A DNA stretch of 63,833 nt, the filler included, from Olpidium bornovanus S191 (lineage: Eukaryota > Fungi > Olpidiomycota), in assembly GCA_017911155.1 (NCBI GenBank). It is 29 parts of 29 records of this genome, joined end to end, with 100 filler letters (N's around TTAATTAATTAA, not from the genome) between each part and the next. Parts side by side here need not be neighbours in the genome. Positions count along the whole stretch, not along the records: positions 1 to 2,454 come from JAEFCI010005791.1; positions 2,555 to 3,829 come from JAEFCI010008993.1; positions 3,930 to 6,055 come from JAEFCI010001678.1; positions 6,156 to 7,931 come from JAEFCI010009572.1; positions 8,032 to 11,939 come from JAEFCI010012954.1; 24 more parts are not named here. One strand, given 5' to 3'. The position numbers were made by a program, and so were the translations under genes. Position 1 is the first letter of the stretch; every line of letters begins with the position of its first letter. Below, piece after piece: positions 1 to 10,401 of the stretch. Under the pieces are notes generated by a model. It was given only the letters and a program-made list of their open reading frames with translations, was not told the DNA's origin and did no database searches.

Positions 1-148
1 CCCCGCCCGGCCGCCCGGCCGCCCCGCCCCGCCCCGCCCCGTTTCCACACCACCCACGCCGATCGGTTTTGCAATTTGTCAACTACGCGGGCGGCACGGT
101 TCCGCGCCGGGGAGACCAACGGAGACGCCAAAACCGAGCGAGACGCAC

Positions 149-638
149 CTTGTGGAAACTCAAGTTCTTGTCCCAAGGAACGAACCGGTTCAGTCGTGAA
201 TTTCTCATCCACGTCATCAGCCTCCGACACACCGGGAAGAGGATCATGGCAGCGTTGAAGCGGAGGACCATTGCGGCGCCGCGCGCCGATGGGTACGTGA
301 AGCCGAGAACGGCATTTGTAACGGCGGAATCCTCGGAGTAGTAGAAGTCAAGGAATGTCGTGAGGTAGAGCAGAACTTGCGTAATCATCCAGGCCCAGAA
401 GAAGAGCAGCGCGTAGCCTGGTGACAGGATTTGAGACAGGGGAGGAAGGGGCCAGGGGAATCGGAGAGACGACGTTCGTGAGTCCAGACAAATAATTGCG
501 GCCAAACCGGACTGGCTGAAAGGCCACTTTACCTTCGTTGACCATCCAGTTGGTGAGCTTGAACTTCAGCTGGTTGAATGACCCGGCTGGCTGAGGTGCC
601 GCCGCGGCAGAATGACTCTTGGCGATACGTCCGTCCAT
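149..638 (-). CDS. noxB: NADPH oxidase NoxB/gp91phox-like, 5' part; exons 638-533 and 417-149; 3' truncated
   Basis: Spliced translation MDG...KLTNWMVNEG|YALLFFW...ARGAAMVLRFNAAMILFPVCRRLMTWMRNSRLNRFVPWDKNLSFHK matches the fungal NoxB N-terminal ferric-reductase region (W-M-x-N-E-G; D-K-N-x-x-F-H-K). GT-AG intron 532-418. Confidence 0.88.
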
Positions 639-2832
639 CGCGACAGACGTCCGGCGATACTTCGATTGAGGGAAAGGTTATCCGCTAGAAAATCCCGCCT
701 GCGCGGAAGTTCGAGAAGCGGGGAGGGGCTGTCCGTGCGACCAAGCATCTGGAATAAGGAAATTCCCCAAATCGAAACAAGCGGACGGGATACGTGGCGA
801 GCGCGCCAGCCGGTTGGGCGGTGCGGGTTTGCTGGTTTCGTGTCTTTGTGCTGGCTTTCCTGGCGTTTCGGGGAATTTTTTTTTTTTTTTTTTTTTTTTG
901 GAGCGGGGTTAATCTCTGCGGTCGCCTTTCATCGGAAACTTCAGAGCGGGAGATCGTGCGAAGTTCTGGAAATCTCGGAGCGGGAACGGAAGGCGCACAG
1001 GTCGGAGAGAGGATTACGGCGGGGCGATAACGGCGCCTTTTCACGGTCCGCAGCGCGAGCGCGGAGTGGGGACATGAACGGCCCCTAGCCCTACTTCTAT
1101 CCCAAAGCACCACGAAGTGCGCGACTATGTACCTTACCATGTCGTGGCGCACGCACTCGCCGCGCGTTCGCTATCTTCCTCCTGGTGCATGGAGGCGTGT
1201 CTCTCTCACAGTGGGCTGCCAAAGTCTCCGCGAGCCCAGAATGCAGAGCCGGTGGGCCTGAACGGTCACTTGAAACCGGGAAGCGAATGGAGGGCGGGTT
1301 CCTCGAAATTCAACCGTGCTGTGCACCCAGCGCTTCCCAGTGGTTCCTCTCGAAACTGCGTGGTTGAGGACAGCAGGCTGACCATTGGTCGTCGATGCAT
1401 TCAAGTTTTTCCGGAAGGCCTCACGCCGAGCGCCAATTGCCGGTTACCAGACGCGTTTGAGAGACTCCTGGCTTACAACCCCAATCTCGCGTCTTCTTCC
1501 ACCAGCGCTTGTATCTTTCCCCGGAAAGTTTTTCTCAAGTTTTTTAAAAAGAAAACAAAAGCGGAGCTAGTTAGACACCTCCACGTGGTGTTCGTTGCCT
1601 GGCCCAGTCACTTGGCAGGACTGGCTATTTTTTGACACAAGAGTTTCCTCGGCGTCGTTCGAAGCATGCACCAATGTGTCTTGACAGCAATCACTTCAGC
1701 GAGGTTTCTCGCCTTTGCGTAAAACTCGCGCGTTGTTTGCTGCTATGCTCATTGTCTACACATTTTGATCCGTCACCCGATTCGGCATCCGTAATAGCAA
1801 TGTAGATATAGCGCAGAGCCGTTAAGGGTTGACGAAAGCAGCTTCTACCGGAATTCGTGTAATCCATACGAGTGCGCATTTGTATTGCCATAGAAGACCG
1901 CGGACACTTCCTACTACCTGAATAGCAAAGCAGCGAATAAATGATTATTGCAAGGAAAGAGTGGCAGTGCCAGGTTTGCACGCACCCGCATTGGCCGCAA
2001 ATGTATCCGGTATTTGTTAGGATGAATTTCAGCCCTCCCAAATGACGTCGTCCGCTTTGTTTTGATTTTCTTGATCCCCGCCGGGTGTGCAGCGAACCTG
2101 GCGCTCACATTTCGCTTTTGCTGCGTGTCACGTTTTGGTTCCGCCAGCAGAAATCCGCCGGAGCGCGGCACCAAAACTCGAGCTCTGCGCTTCGTTGATA
2201 TTTTTGAGCCCGCGCAGCGCTTGCGTTTCAAAATGTCGCGGTTCAGAACAGCGCCAGGCAACTATCACCCAGCGGCTTTTCCTGGTATCTCTCAGTGTGA
2301 CTGCCGCGCAACCACAACCAGCCGCGGCGACGACGCTGATAAACGCGAGGTATCCTGTTTGTTGTCACGTCCCGAATGGTTGACATCGACGAACAGTCGC
2401 CACCAGAAAGGTCTGCTCGCATAGGGGATCAAAAGAAAGGGTGCCCGCACATGCNNNNNNNNNNNNNNNNNNNNNNNNNNNNNNNNNNNNNNNNNNNNTT
2501 AATTAATTAANNNNNNNNNNNNNNNNNNNNNNNNNNNNNNNNNNNNNNNNNNNNCATGCCTTGATTATTACTAACTTCTGCAATTCTTCCGCGCGCCCAT
2601 TCAAAAAAAAAAAAACGCTTTCCCCGCTGGAACGTCCCCTCCACACTCCAATATCCCCCTCCACACTCCAATACCCCTATTCCCAAACAATGAAATCACC
2701 TCCTTCTACCAAACGCCTACCAATCGTCAAGTGCGGAGAATGTTCCGACGTGGGCCACCTACCCGGGTCAATCCTGAATCGGAACGCTCCCGAGTTCCCT
2801 GACGCGGCCTGGTGTCGGGGAAACCCCGCTAT

Positions 2833-3023
2833 GCTCCTAGTACCTTCGGGGAACGGCATATCGTTGCTCCTAGTACCTTCGGGGAACGGCATTCCGTTGC
2901 TCCTAGTACCTTCGGGGAACGGCATATCGTTGCTCCTAGTACCTTCGGGGAACGGCATCTCGTTGCTCCTAGTACCTTCGGGGAACGGCATCTCGTTGCT
3001 CCTAGTACCTTCGGGGAACGGCA
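2833..3023. repeat. 33-bp minisatellite, about 5.8 copies (GCTCCTAGTACCTTCGGGGAACGGCATNYCGTT)
   Basis: Units start at 2833, 2866, 2899, 2932, 2965 and 2998 (partial). Only two positions vary. All three plus frames show the periodicity, e.g. LLVPSGNGISL in ORF 2561-3232. Confidence 0.97.
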
Positions 3024-4055
3024 GAATTCCGACTGCGCGGAATTGCGAGGAACAGGGCCAGTTCACTCGCAGCCGCGTTGGATTTCTGAAAATTTTACCT
3101 CAGTCTAGCACCTTCTGGGAATGGCCTAGAAAAGCCCGAGCGGGGTATCACGGCGGGCTTCCACCTCCGCACTGGACTGCTCGGGGCACACTTCGTGTCC
3201 CGGCTGTTCCGGTCATCGGCTTTGTACGATGAGTCGGAAGGGGAGGGTGTCCGCCGGGTCTCGGGAAATCCGCAGCCGGCTTCGGCTCCGTGCGATGCAC
3301 ATTGCACCGCCCGGCATCGCACGTAACTGGGCATGGCACCCAGGGGCATTCTCCGGTCCGGGACGAACCGGGGTCTGCCTGGGCAGGGTGTTTTTCGTTT
3401 TCGTCGCCCGTCGCGGGGAGATAAGCGCCCCCGCGACTAGGGTAGCTACGCACCGTTTGCTTGGACGGCGCGGGAGTACCGATTCGACTCGGGGCCCCTG
3501 CTGCCAGGGCGGAGGAATCCTGGGAAGATCGGCGCGATAGTGGCTTGGGGGGGGAGGGTTTTCCTTACCCCCCTCGCCAAATCCGTGCACCTCCGTGTGG
3601 ACGGGTCCGAGGGAACTCAAGCACCCGCGGCCCGGCGGGAGCGACACCCGCGGGTGCTCTATTACTAACGGGGGGAAGAGCGTCGTTTTTTCCTTCTTTT
3701 TTATCCCTCCTTTCCTTTGTTTTCGACAATCAGGGGCCACCAAGAAATTTTTCGCTTGATCGTGTCCAAATCTCTGGCGTGCAACGTCGTGAAGGAGGGC
3801 ACTGGTTGGCGGGCCGCTTTGGAAGCATGNNNNNNNNNNNNNNNNNNNNNNNNNNNNNNNNNNNNNNNNNNNNTTAATTAATTAANNNNNNNNNNNNNNN
3901 NNNNNNNNNNNNNNNNNNNNNNNNNNNNNCCTGCCGTTTTGCGCAACCCAAAAGGCAAACTGCAACAATTTCCTGGCGTTTTCCCCTCCGCCGGCCGCTG
4001 AGTGATAAAAAGTTCGTCGTAGTTCGTAGGCCAGGCTCTCAACCGTAGACCTCAC

Positions 4056-6055
4056 ATGTCCATGACGGCCACGTACGAGGACCTGAAGGGAGGTAGGTGA
4101 GCATGAAGCGCGGCGGTCCGCATATGCCGGGCGACGTGGGCGGCCGGCGCCGCGGGGTGGCGCTTTGCACGGTTACGGTCTGGCGCGTGCGCGCCTTTCG
4201 CTATGTTTTTGAGCGAGATGGAGATCAGAACGTGCTGAACCCTCGCCCCCGCAACCTGCAAACGGCGAAACGGCAGTACTCCGCGAAGCCCTGCGAGCGA
4301 GCGGCGCCCTGGGGCACCTCAAGGCCAGGATGAGGGCGGAAATCTTCCGAGTGCTGGACGACAACGTATGGGCTGTGTTGGGCCTCGTCGTCACCGTGCG
4401 GCCTCCGCCACAACGCGCCGTACCTGGAAAACGCGTCAAAATGCGACCGAACGCGGTCATGCGTTTGCGACCGTTCGCCTCGCGGAAAGCAGCCGCGCTG
4501 CGTCTTACCTCGGGCCCCGATTGCCCCCTCCCGCATCCAGCAAAGCCAACGACCTCCACCGTCTGAGCAGACGGCAATCATAAACGAGCTGATCAGGGAA
4601 TATTTCGAGTTCAACAACTACCGGTACGCTCTCTCCGTGTTCCTTGCCGGTAAGGTTGTCGGGTCTGCTAGCAAGGACCGCCGTTCCTTAACGCGCGCGT
4701 TTCAGGCAGGCTGATGTGAACCGACTGGGACTATATCAATTGGGGAGTCGACAGAAGTAAACCAGCCCCGGTCGACGGTTGGCCGCGATGCCCTTATGCG
4801 CGACCTTCAAATCGAGGAAGACCCCAGCCGGGGGCGCCTGTACGTGTTTTCCGATTCTCGGTGGACATGCCCGGTTTTTCTCCCTAACGCAACGGGACTC
4901 GAAGCGAACCCTAAAACTTTCCCCGAATTCCTTCTTCCCCGGAAGCCCGCTGCTGTACAGCCTGGCGTTCTACTCCAGGCTCGTCAACCAGAAGGCCGTG
5001 ATCCCCCCCGGCGGCGTCTCCAGGTTGTGGCAGAGCGCGGAAACGCGACGACCACAAGAAGGGCGACGGCAGCGGCCTGATTCCCGGGACGACAATTCAG
5101 GGCGCCCCGATAAATCGAGCCCATATACTTCAGGAAAAGAGACGACGCGCCGTGGCGGTGGAAGTTTTGGACGGGAACAGACCGCGGATACGGGTTCACG
5201 GCATTCGCGAAGTCCACCGCTGACTGCAGAGCGTGCAAGCAGCTCGCCCGCAGAATCGACTGAGAGCCGAACCGGGTCAGATGACGCGGAGACGCCAGAA
5301 CGTGTCCCCTCTCCTCCCGCTAGGACCCGCTTACCCGTGCAGCCGCCGTTCTCGGCGCACCACAAGCCAGCCGTACCCACCCGTGGAAACACCAGCAATC
5401 TGAGCTCCCCGCCGACAGTCGCGTCAAAGTCAAGCAGCGCTAAGCTGAAGTCAAAATCCACCGACGCTAAGCCGAAGCCAAGTGGTCCGAGTTGTTCGAG
5501 TCAACCTTGTCCGCCTTTCGCCGGTTCGAACGTCGCAGCCGCGCCTCCCGCAGCGTCAACACCGACCGATCCGACGCAGGCGGCTCCGAAAACTGCCACA
5601 ATTGCAGTCAGCAGCGCAACGAGCGGCGGTTCGGCTTCTCCGAATCAGAACCCAGGCCAGTCGCCGGCTACTAGTTCTCCTGCGAGTCGGTCGGTCGCGG
5701 TCGCCGCCGGAAAGCCGGGCCCGAACAAGGGACCGAGCCGGGAACAGGCTCGCCGACACCAGTTCCCCGTAAATGACGCCGTGAAGCGGGATTCGGTCGC
5801 CAACAGCGCGCGCTCAGGAAGCGAGGTTTCCTCAAGAAATGAGCCCGTCAGCGAAAGCATCCGCGAGGACATTTCTGCGCCCAAGTCATTCGGTTCACAC
5901 TCCACGCCCCCGGCCGCGACCAACAATGGGTCCGCATGCGTTTCCGGCTCCGGGAGAAGCTCTCGGTCCGTGTCTGGTTACACGTCCGGCTCCGACCACC
6001 GCCGTTCCGGACTGCACCGCGGTTCGGGCCGTTCCAACCAGTCCAGCGCTTCAGC
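4056..6055 (+). CDS. CEP20: CEP20/FOR20 (FOPNL)-like LisH centriole/basal-body protein with long Ser/Pro-rich tail; exons 4056-4092, 4277-4365, 4541-4649, 4755-4839, 4946->6055
   Basis: Spliced translation MTATYEDLKG|VLREALRASGALGHLKARMRAEIFRVLDDN|QSQRPPPSEQTAIINELIREYFEFNNYRYALSVFLA|EVNQP...|PLLYSL follows the FOR20 N-terminus (LGHLKARIRAEVF; INELIREYLEFN; PLLY). Four in-phase GT-AG introns. Confidence 0.85.
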
Positions 6056-6174
6056 NNNNNNNNNNNNNNNNNNNNNNNNNNNNNNNNNNNNNNNNNNNNT
6101 TAATTAATTAANNNNNNNNNNNNNNNNNNNNNNNNNNNNNNNNNNNNNNNNNNNNCCCTCTCCCCCCTTTTGTT

Positions 6175-6218
<44 letters not shown>

Positions 6219-6281
6219 CCGGGGTGTGTGCGCGCGCGGTCGCCCGATTTCCGAATTGAACAAAAAATAAATAAATAAAAG

Positions 6282-7931
6282 GTTACGCTGCGGACGCCCC
6301 TGCTCGACTACGGGGACTGCTTCCTGTGCAGCGTGTGCACGAGAGCCATCGAGCTCAGCAACGAGACAGAGTACCCGGCGCGGTACTCCTTCCGCGCCCA
6401 AGAACCGTCCGCGAAAGCCGTGTACTCGTACAGCTCCGCGCAAAGCAGCGGGGTGATCGAGCCGAGGAGCGTGAAGCGGGTCGGCATCGACGTGGAAATC
6501 AAGCGGGTCGGCAGCGTGAGCTTCCCGGTCTTCGTGACCATAGCCGGGAACGAGGACGAGCCGCTGTGCGTGGACATCTCCGCGTGCGGGCAGGGCCCGA
6601 ACGTGATCCTCTCCGCCCACGAGCTGAACTGGGGGAAGGTGAACGTCCTGAAAGAGACGCCACTTACTCTTTCGGTGCACAATGACTCGCCGATCCCGGC
6701 GCCGTTCACGTGTTCGACGATAAGCGAGACGTCGATGTTCAGGCTGTCTCCGCAGAGGGGCGTCATCGCTCCCGCGGGGAGAGAGGACATTTGCGTAACC
6801 GCGTACCTGGACGATTGCCTGAAGTTCACGGACATCCTCCGGTTTGCGATCCAATCGGGCGCGCTGCACGAGGTGCAGCTGGTCGCCAGAGGCCAGGGCT
6901 CGACCATAACCTACCAGCCTCCTCTGGAAACCGTCGATTTCGGCAACGTGTTCAGCAGCAGGGTCTGCAACAGGCAGTTCCGGATGGTCAACAAAGGTCG
7001 CCGGGCCCAGACGCTCCACTGGCTGGTGCCCGGGCAACAAGGTTACCCGAAGCAGCTGGAGACGCAGGAAGAGCCGGCGAACTACTTCGAGGTGGTGCCT
7101 AGCAGGTTTTCCTTGAAGCCCGGCGCCGAACAGGCCATCACGATCCACGGATTTTCCGAAACGGCCGGCTTGTGCAAGGAGACCCTCATCTGCCAAGCCA
7201 CCCTGGAGAAGGACCCGACGCGGAAAACGATCGTCGAATCGCTGATCTCCGCGAACTTCATCAACCCCCTGTTGTCGCTTTCGCCACCTTCGCTCAGATT
7301 TCTGTCGACGCACACCGAAGACGACGATTTCAGGGTCTTGTCCCAAAATTTTACGCTAAAAAACGTCAGCAGCCTCCCGCTCCACGTCTGCTTCAAGTGC
7401 CCGCGCCCCTATAGCCTCAACCCTCCGTCTCAGGAGCACTACTTGAAGCCGGAAGAAACCCTGGTGCTCGGCGTCAGTTTCGACCCCTCGTACAAGACCG
7501 ACCGCGTTTCGTGCACCGAGCGAGCCAAAATGGCGATAACGTACGCGGAGCACCCGCAGAAGGACAGCGTGGAGCTCTACAGCAAAGTCGTGTTTCCGAA
7601 CCTTTCATTGTCGACCAACGGGATCACGTTCGAGTGCTCGCCGCTCAACATGGAGCGGCGGAGTCACCTCGTCATGACGAACACCGGCGAGCTGCCGGTG
7701 CACTTCTCCTGGTCGTTCCTCGATGACGATCGCCTCAAATTCCTTCCGGCCGGCGACTGGCACGGCTGGCCGGGTTGGAACAGCGGCGACATTTCGAAGG
7801 TCTTCGACATCATGCCCCTCCACGGATTGATCCCTCCTGGCCATAGTCAGCGGGCGGAAGTGACCTTTTACGGCCACCACTACGGACGGTTCACGGTCGC
7901 TGCGGTATGCGACGTTGTGGGCGGCCCGAAG
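6282..7931 (+). CDS. HYDIN: Hydin (axonemal central-pair protein), internal exon of ASH/Ig-like repeats; partial
   Basis: 550 codons open from acceptor AAG|GTT to the contig end. Motifs GQGPNVILSAHELNWGKVNVL, GQGSTI, FRMVNKGRRAQTLHW and FYGHHYGRF follow Hydin ASH repeats. Confidence 0.88.
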
Positions 7932-9057
7932 NNNNNNNNNNNNNNNNNNNNNNNNNNNNNNNNNNNNNNNNNNNNTTAATTAATTAANNNNNNNNNNNNN
8001 NNNNNNNNNNNNNNNNNNNNNNNNNNNNNNNCACAAACCCCCCCCCCTCCCCCCCCCCCACCCCTCTACCCCTCCCACCCCGTTAACTCCGCTGTTCGGG
8101 TCCGCCGCGAAATTCCGTTGTATGAAATCGGGAAAGTGGTCTCGTTTGGTTGGTGGTATGCGGAGTCACGGCCGTCATCCTTTGCGGACCCCGTCCCCCC
8201 CTCCCCACCTTGTGATGCCCCGGAGAGCGAGAATAAACACACATCGTACTTTGGTTAGCAGACGTGAGATCGCGTTGCGCCCCCGTGATGCCCTGCAGAG
8301 CGAGGATGAACGCACGTAGCGCCTTGGCTATCAGACACGTGATCGTATTGGCGAGCTGGGCGTCGATGAAAGGGCACGTGCAGAGGCGCCTCAATTGCCG
8401 CTGTCGTTGTTGACAGGGCCACGTCCTTGCAGCCGGACGGGGCGCGCAACTTGGAGCCGGTTGGCTGCACGCTTTGAGAACGCCGAATGCGTCGGTCCTT
8501 CTGATCGCTTGGCGTACGAACCGCCTCTCGGCGCGACGGACCTGCCCAGTAGGTCCCGGGTGGCGTGCACTCGCCGCCCTGTACAGCACACGGCGGCCCT
8601 AAGCCGCGCTTGTTTCCTCATTTTTGGAACTGCAATCGCCCAACGGTAATTCTCCTTTTTCTTTATTATTATGGTGAACGCACGCTTTCCCTTCCGCTAG
8701 GTTGCGCGGGGCACGCGAAGCCTCCCCCGCTCTGCCCGCGCAATCGGCGTTGCGAAACAACAACAACAACAAAACAAACTCCCCCGGCATAGGCACAAAA
8801 CGTCCACTGTCATTGCCACGGCTTTTGGAGGTGAGCGCAGAAGCAAAACGCATCTCCATGTTACCCGTTTGGCGTATGAACCAGGGAAAGCGCGAATGAC
8901 ATGTACAACAAAACAGGCTGCTTTTTTGGAGGAACGGTGAGGGAGGGGAGGAGGAAAGGGATGGGGAAGGGAGGCCGGGGAAAGGCGACTGATTCCCGCT
9001 TTTCTGCAAAACGAGTCCGGACTCGTGTTCGGGAATACGCTGCGGTCGTCACAGCCT

Positions 9058-10401
9058 TTAAAACGTCTTCCGCTGGCTCAATCCCGTGGATGAGAGCAGC
9101 TCGTGTTTTCTCCGCAGCATAAAGTCGAAGACGGTCTTCAGGAGGCCTGTCCGCGACCGCCGGGTGCTGTCCCCGGTTGCGCTTATCATGGATGGCTTCG
9201 CAGGGTCTGTGGTTCCGGTCACACGGTGACCGTCGGCAAATGTCAACCTGCGGAAATGGCGCGAGGCGAGGAGCGCCGCTTCTTGACAAAAGAGGAAAAC
9301 GTTTTCAAAAAATGGTGCGCATCACCCACCATAATTTGGCAGGATGTTGTCGCCCGCACTCAGCGAAATAAAGTAGGCGAACGGGACGAGCCAGATGCAT
9401 ATCCCGAAGAACGCGGCAATTTGCAGAAACGAGTACCCGTAATTTGCAGAGAAAAACGCAAACCACAAAAAGTGGTCTACCAAGACGAGAGCTTTGGGAA
9501 TGGAAACAACGGCAAATGAGCGGTGGTTCAGTGAAAGGAATACGCCATCTGTTTAGCCTCGCGGCAGACTCACTACAGCTGGCAACAAAAGGTAGGCTCC
9601 ACAGATTGATGAACGGGAACGTCTGAAGGTTCATAGAATACACGCCATGGCACGCCAGGGAAAATGCGATCAGCCCCGCCGACAGGCCATCAATTGCCCA
9701 CAGTAGGAAATGAATGATGCAGACTGCCTGTTTGGCGGCCGTGTGTACGTCGCAAACGAATCAGAGTCGGTCACGGCAAAAATGATGACCTGCGGAACGA
9801 CATGGAATTAGTCCACACGTACGACTGTGAGATGTTTGATGACTTTTCGCGTCGCCACGGTGTACTCTTCTACAAGCTGGAGCAGCGCGTGCGTTAGCGC
9901 TGCAGACCACAACGATGTTCCCTCCTCCAAGGACGCTGGCTCGGTCCCCGGGTCGGCGACGCCGCGGACGCCGATCCCATTGCACGCCTTCGGAGGGCCC
10001 GGGCGCACCCCTCGGGTGTTTGTCCCCCGGCCCGCGCAGCCGCCGCCTCCGCAATCGCTTCTAGAATATTCGCGCCTTTCGGCAACTCTCGCCAATCCAT
10101 GGTTCGCAGCGGGCCAGCAAAACGACTGCCACACGATGAAACCGCACCTCTGCGAGGTAATAAAGCCCGCAAGCTTTTTTTTGCGCATTTACGCGAGGCA
10201 ACGTTCGATCGTGCGTGCCCGTGACGAAAATGACGTTAACACCGCCCGCGGGAAAGCCAGCTTAGTTGTCCACCGTCGCAAAAAAAAAAACAAAAAAAGA
10301 GCAAGCAGCGGCACATTGTCCGTCTCACCTAAACTGAGTGTCGCGAAGACGAACGCCAGCAGGCACCCGGCGTACGCGACCAGCTGCAGCACGACAAACA
10401 T
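9058..10401 (-). CDS. SVP26: ER-Golgi cargo adaptor Svp26/Erv26 (TEX261 family); exons 10401-10329, 10173-10148, 9876-9823, 9727-9574, 9491-9330, last exon about 9281-9058
   Basis: Spliced translation MFVVLQLVAYAGCLLAFVFATLSL|ACGLYYLAE|LVEEYTVATRKVIKHLTV|...YSMNLQTFPFINL...|TLVLVDHFLWF...FFGICIWLVPFAYFISLSAGDNILP shows the family hallmarks GLYYxxELVEE and WLVPFxxFISLSAGxNxLP. The last acceptor is uncertain. Confidence 0.9.

Noticed and set aside
2833-3023. 33-bp repeats as a CRISPR array
   Set aside because: The units are head-to-tail with no unique spacers, the context is eukaryotic, and no cas genes are present. The same applies to the 28-bp and 35-bp arrays.
9011-9026. Perfect 16-bp palindromes ACGAGTCCGGACTCGT (here) and CCGGCTGCGCAGCCGG (33990-34005)
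   Set aside because: About 1-2 palindromes with 8-bp arms are expected by chance in 60 kb of GC-rich DNA.
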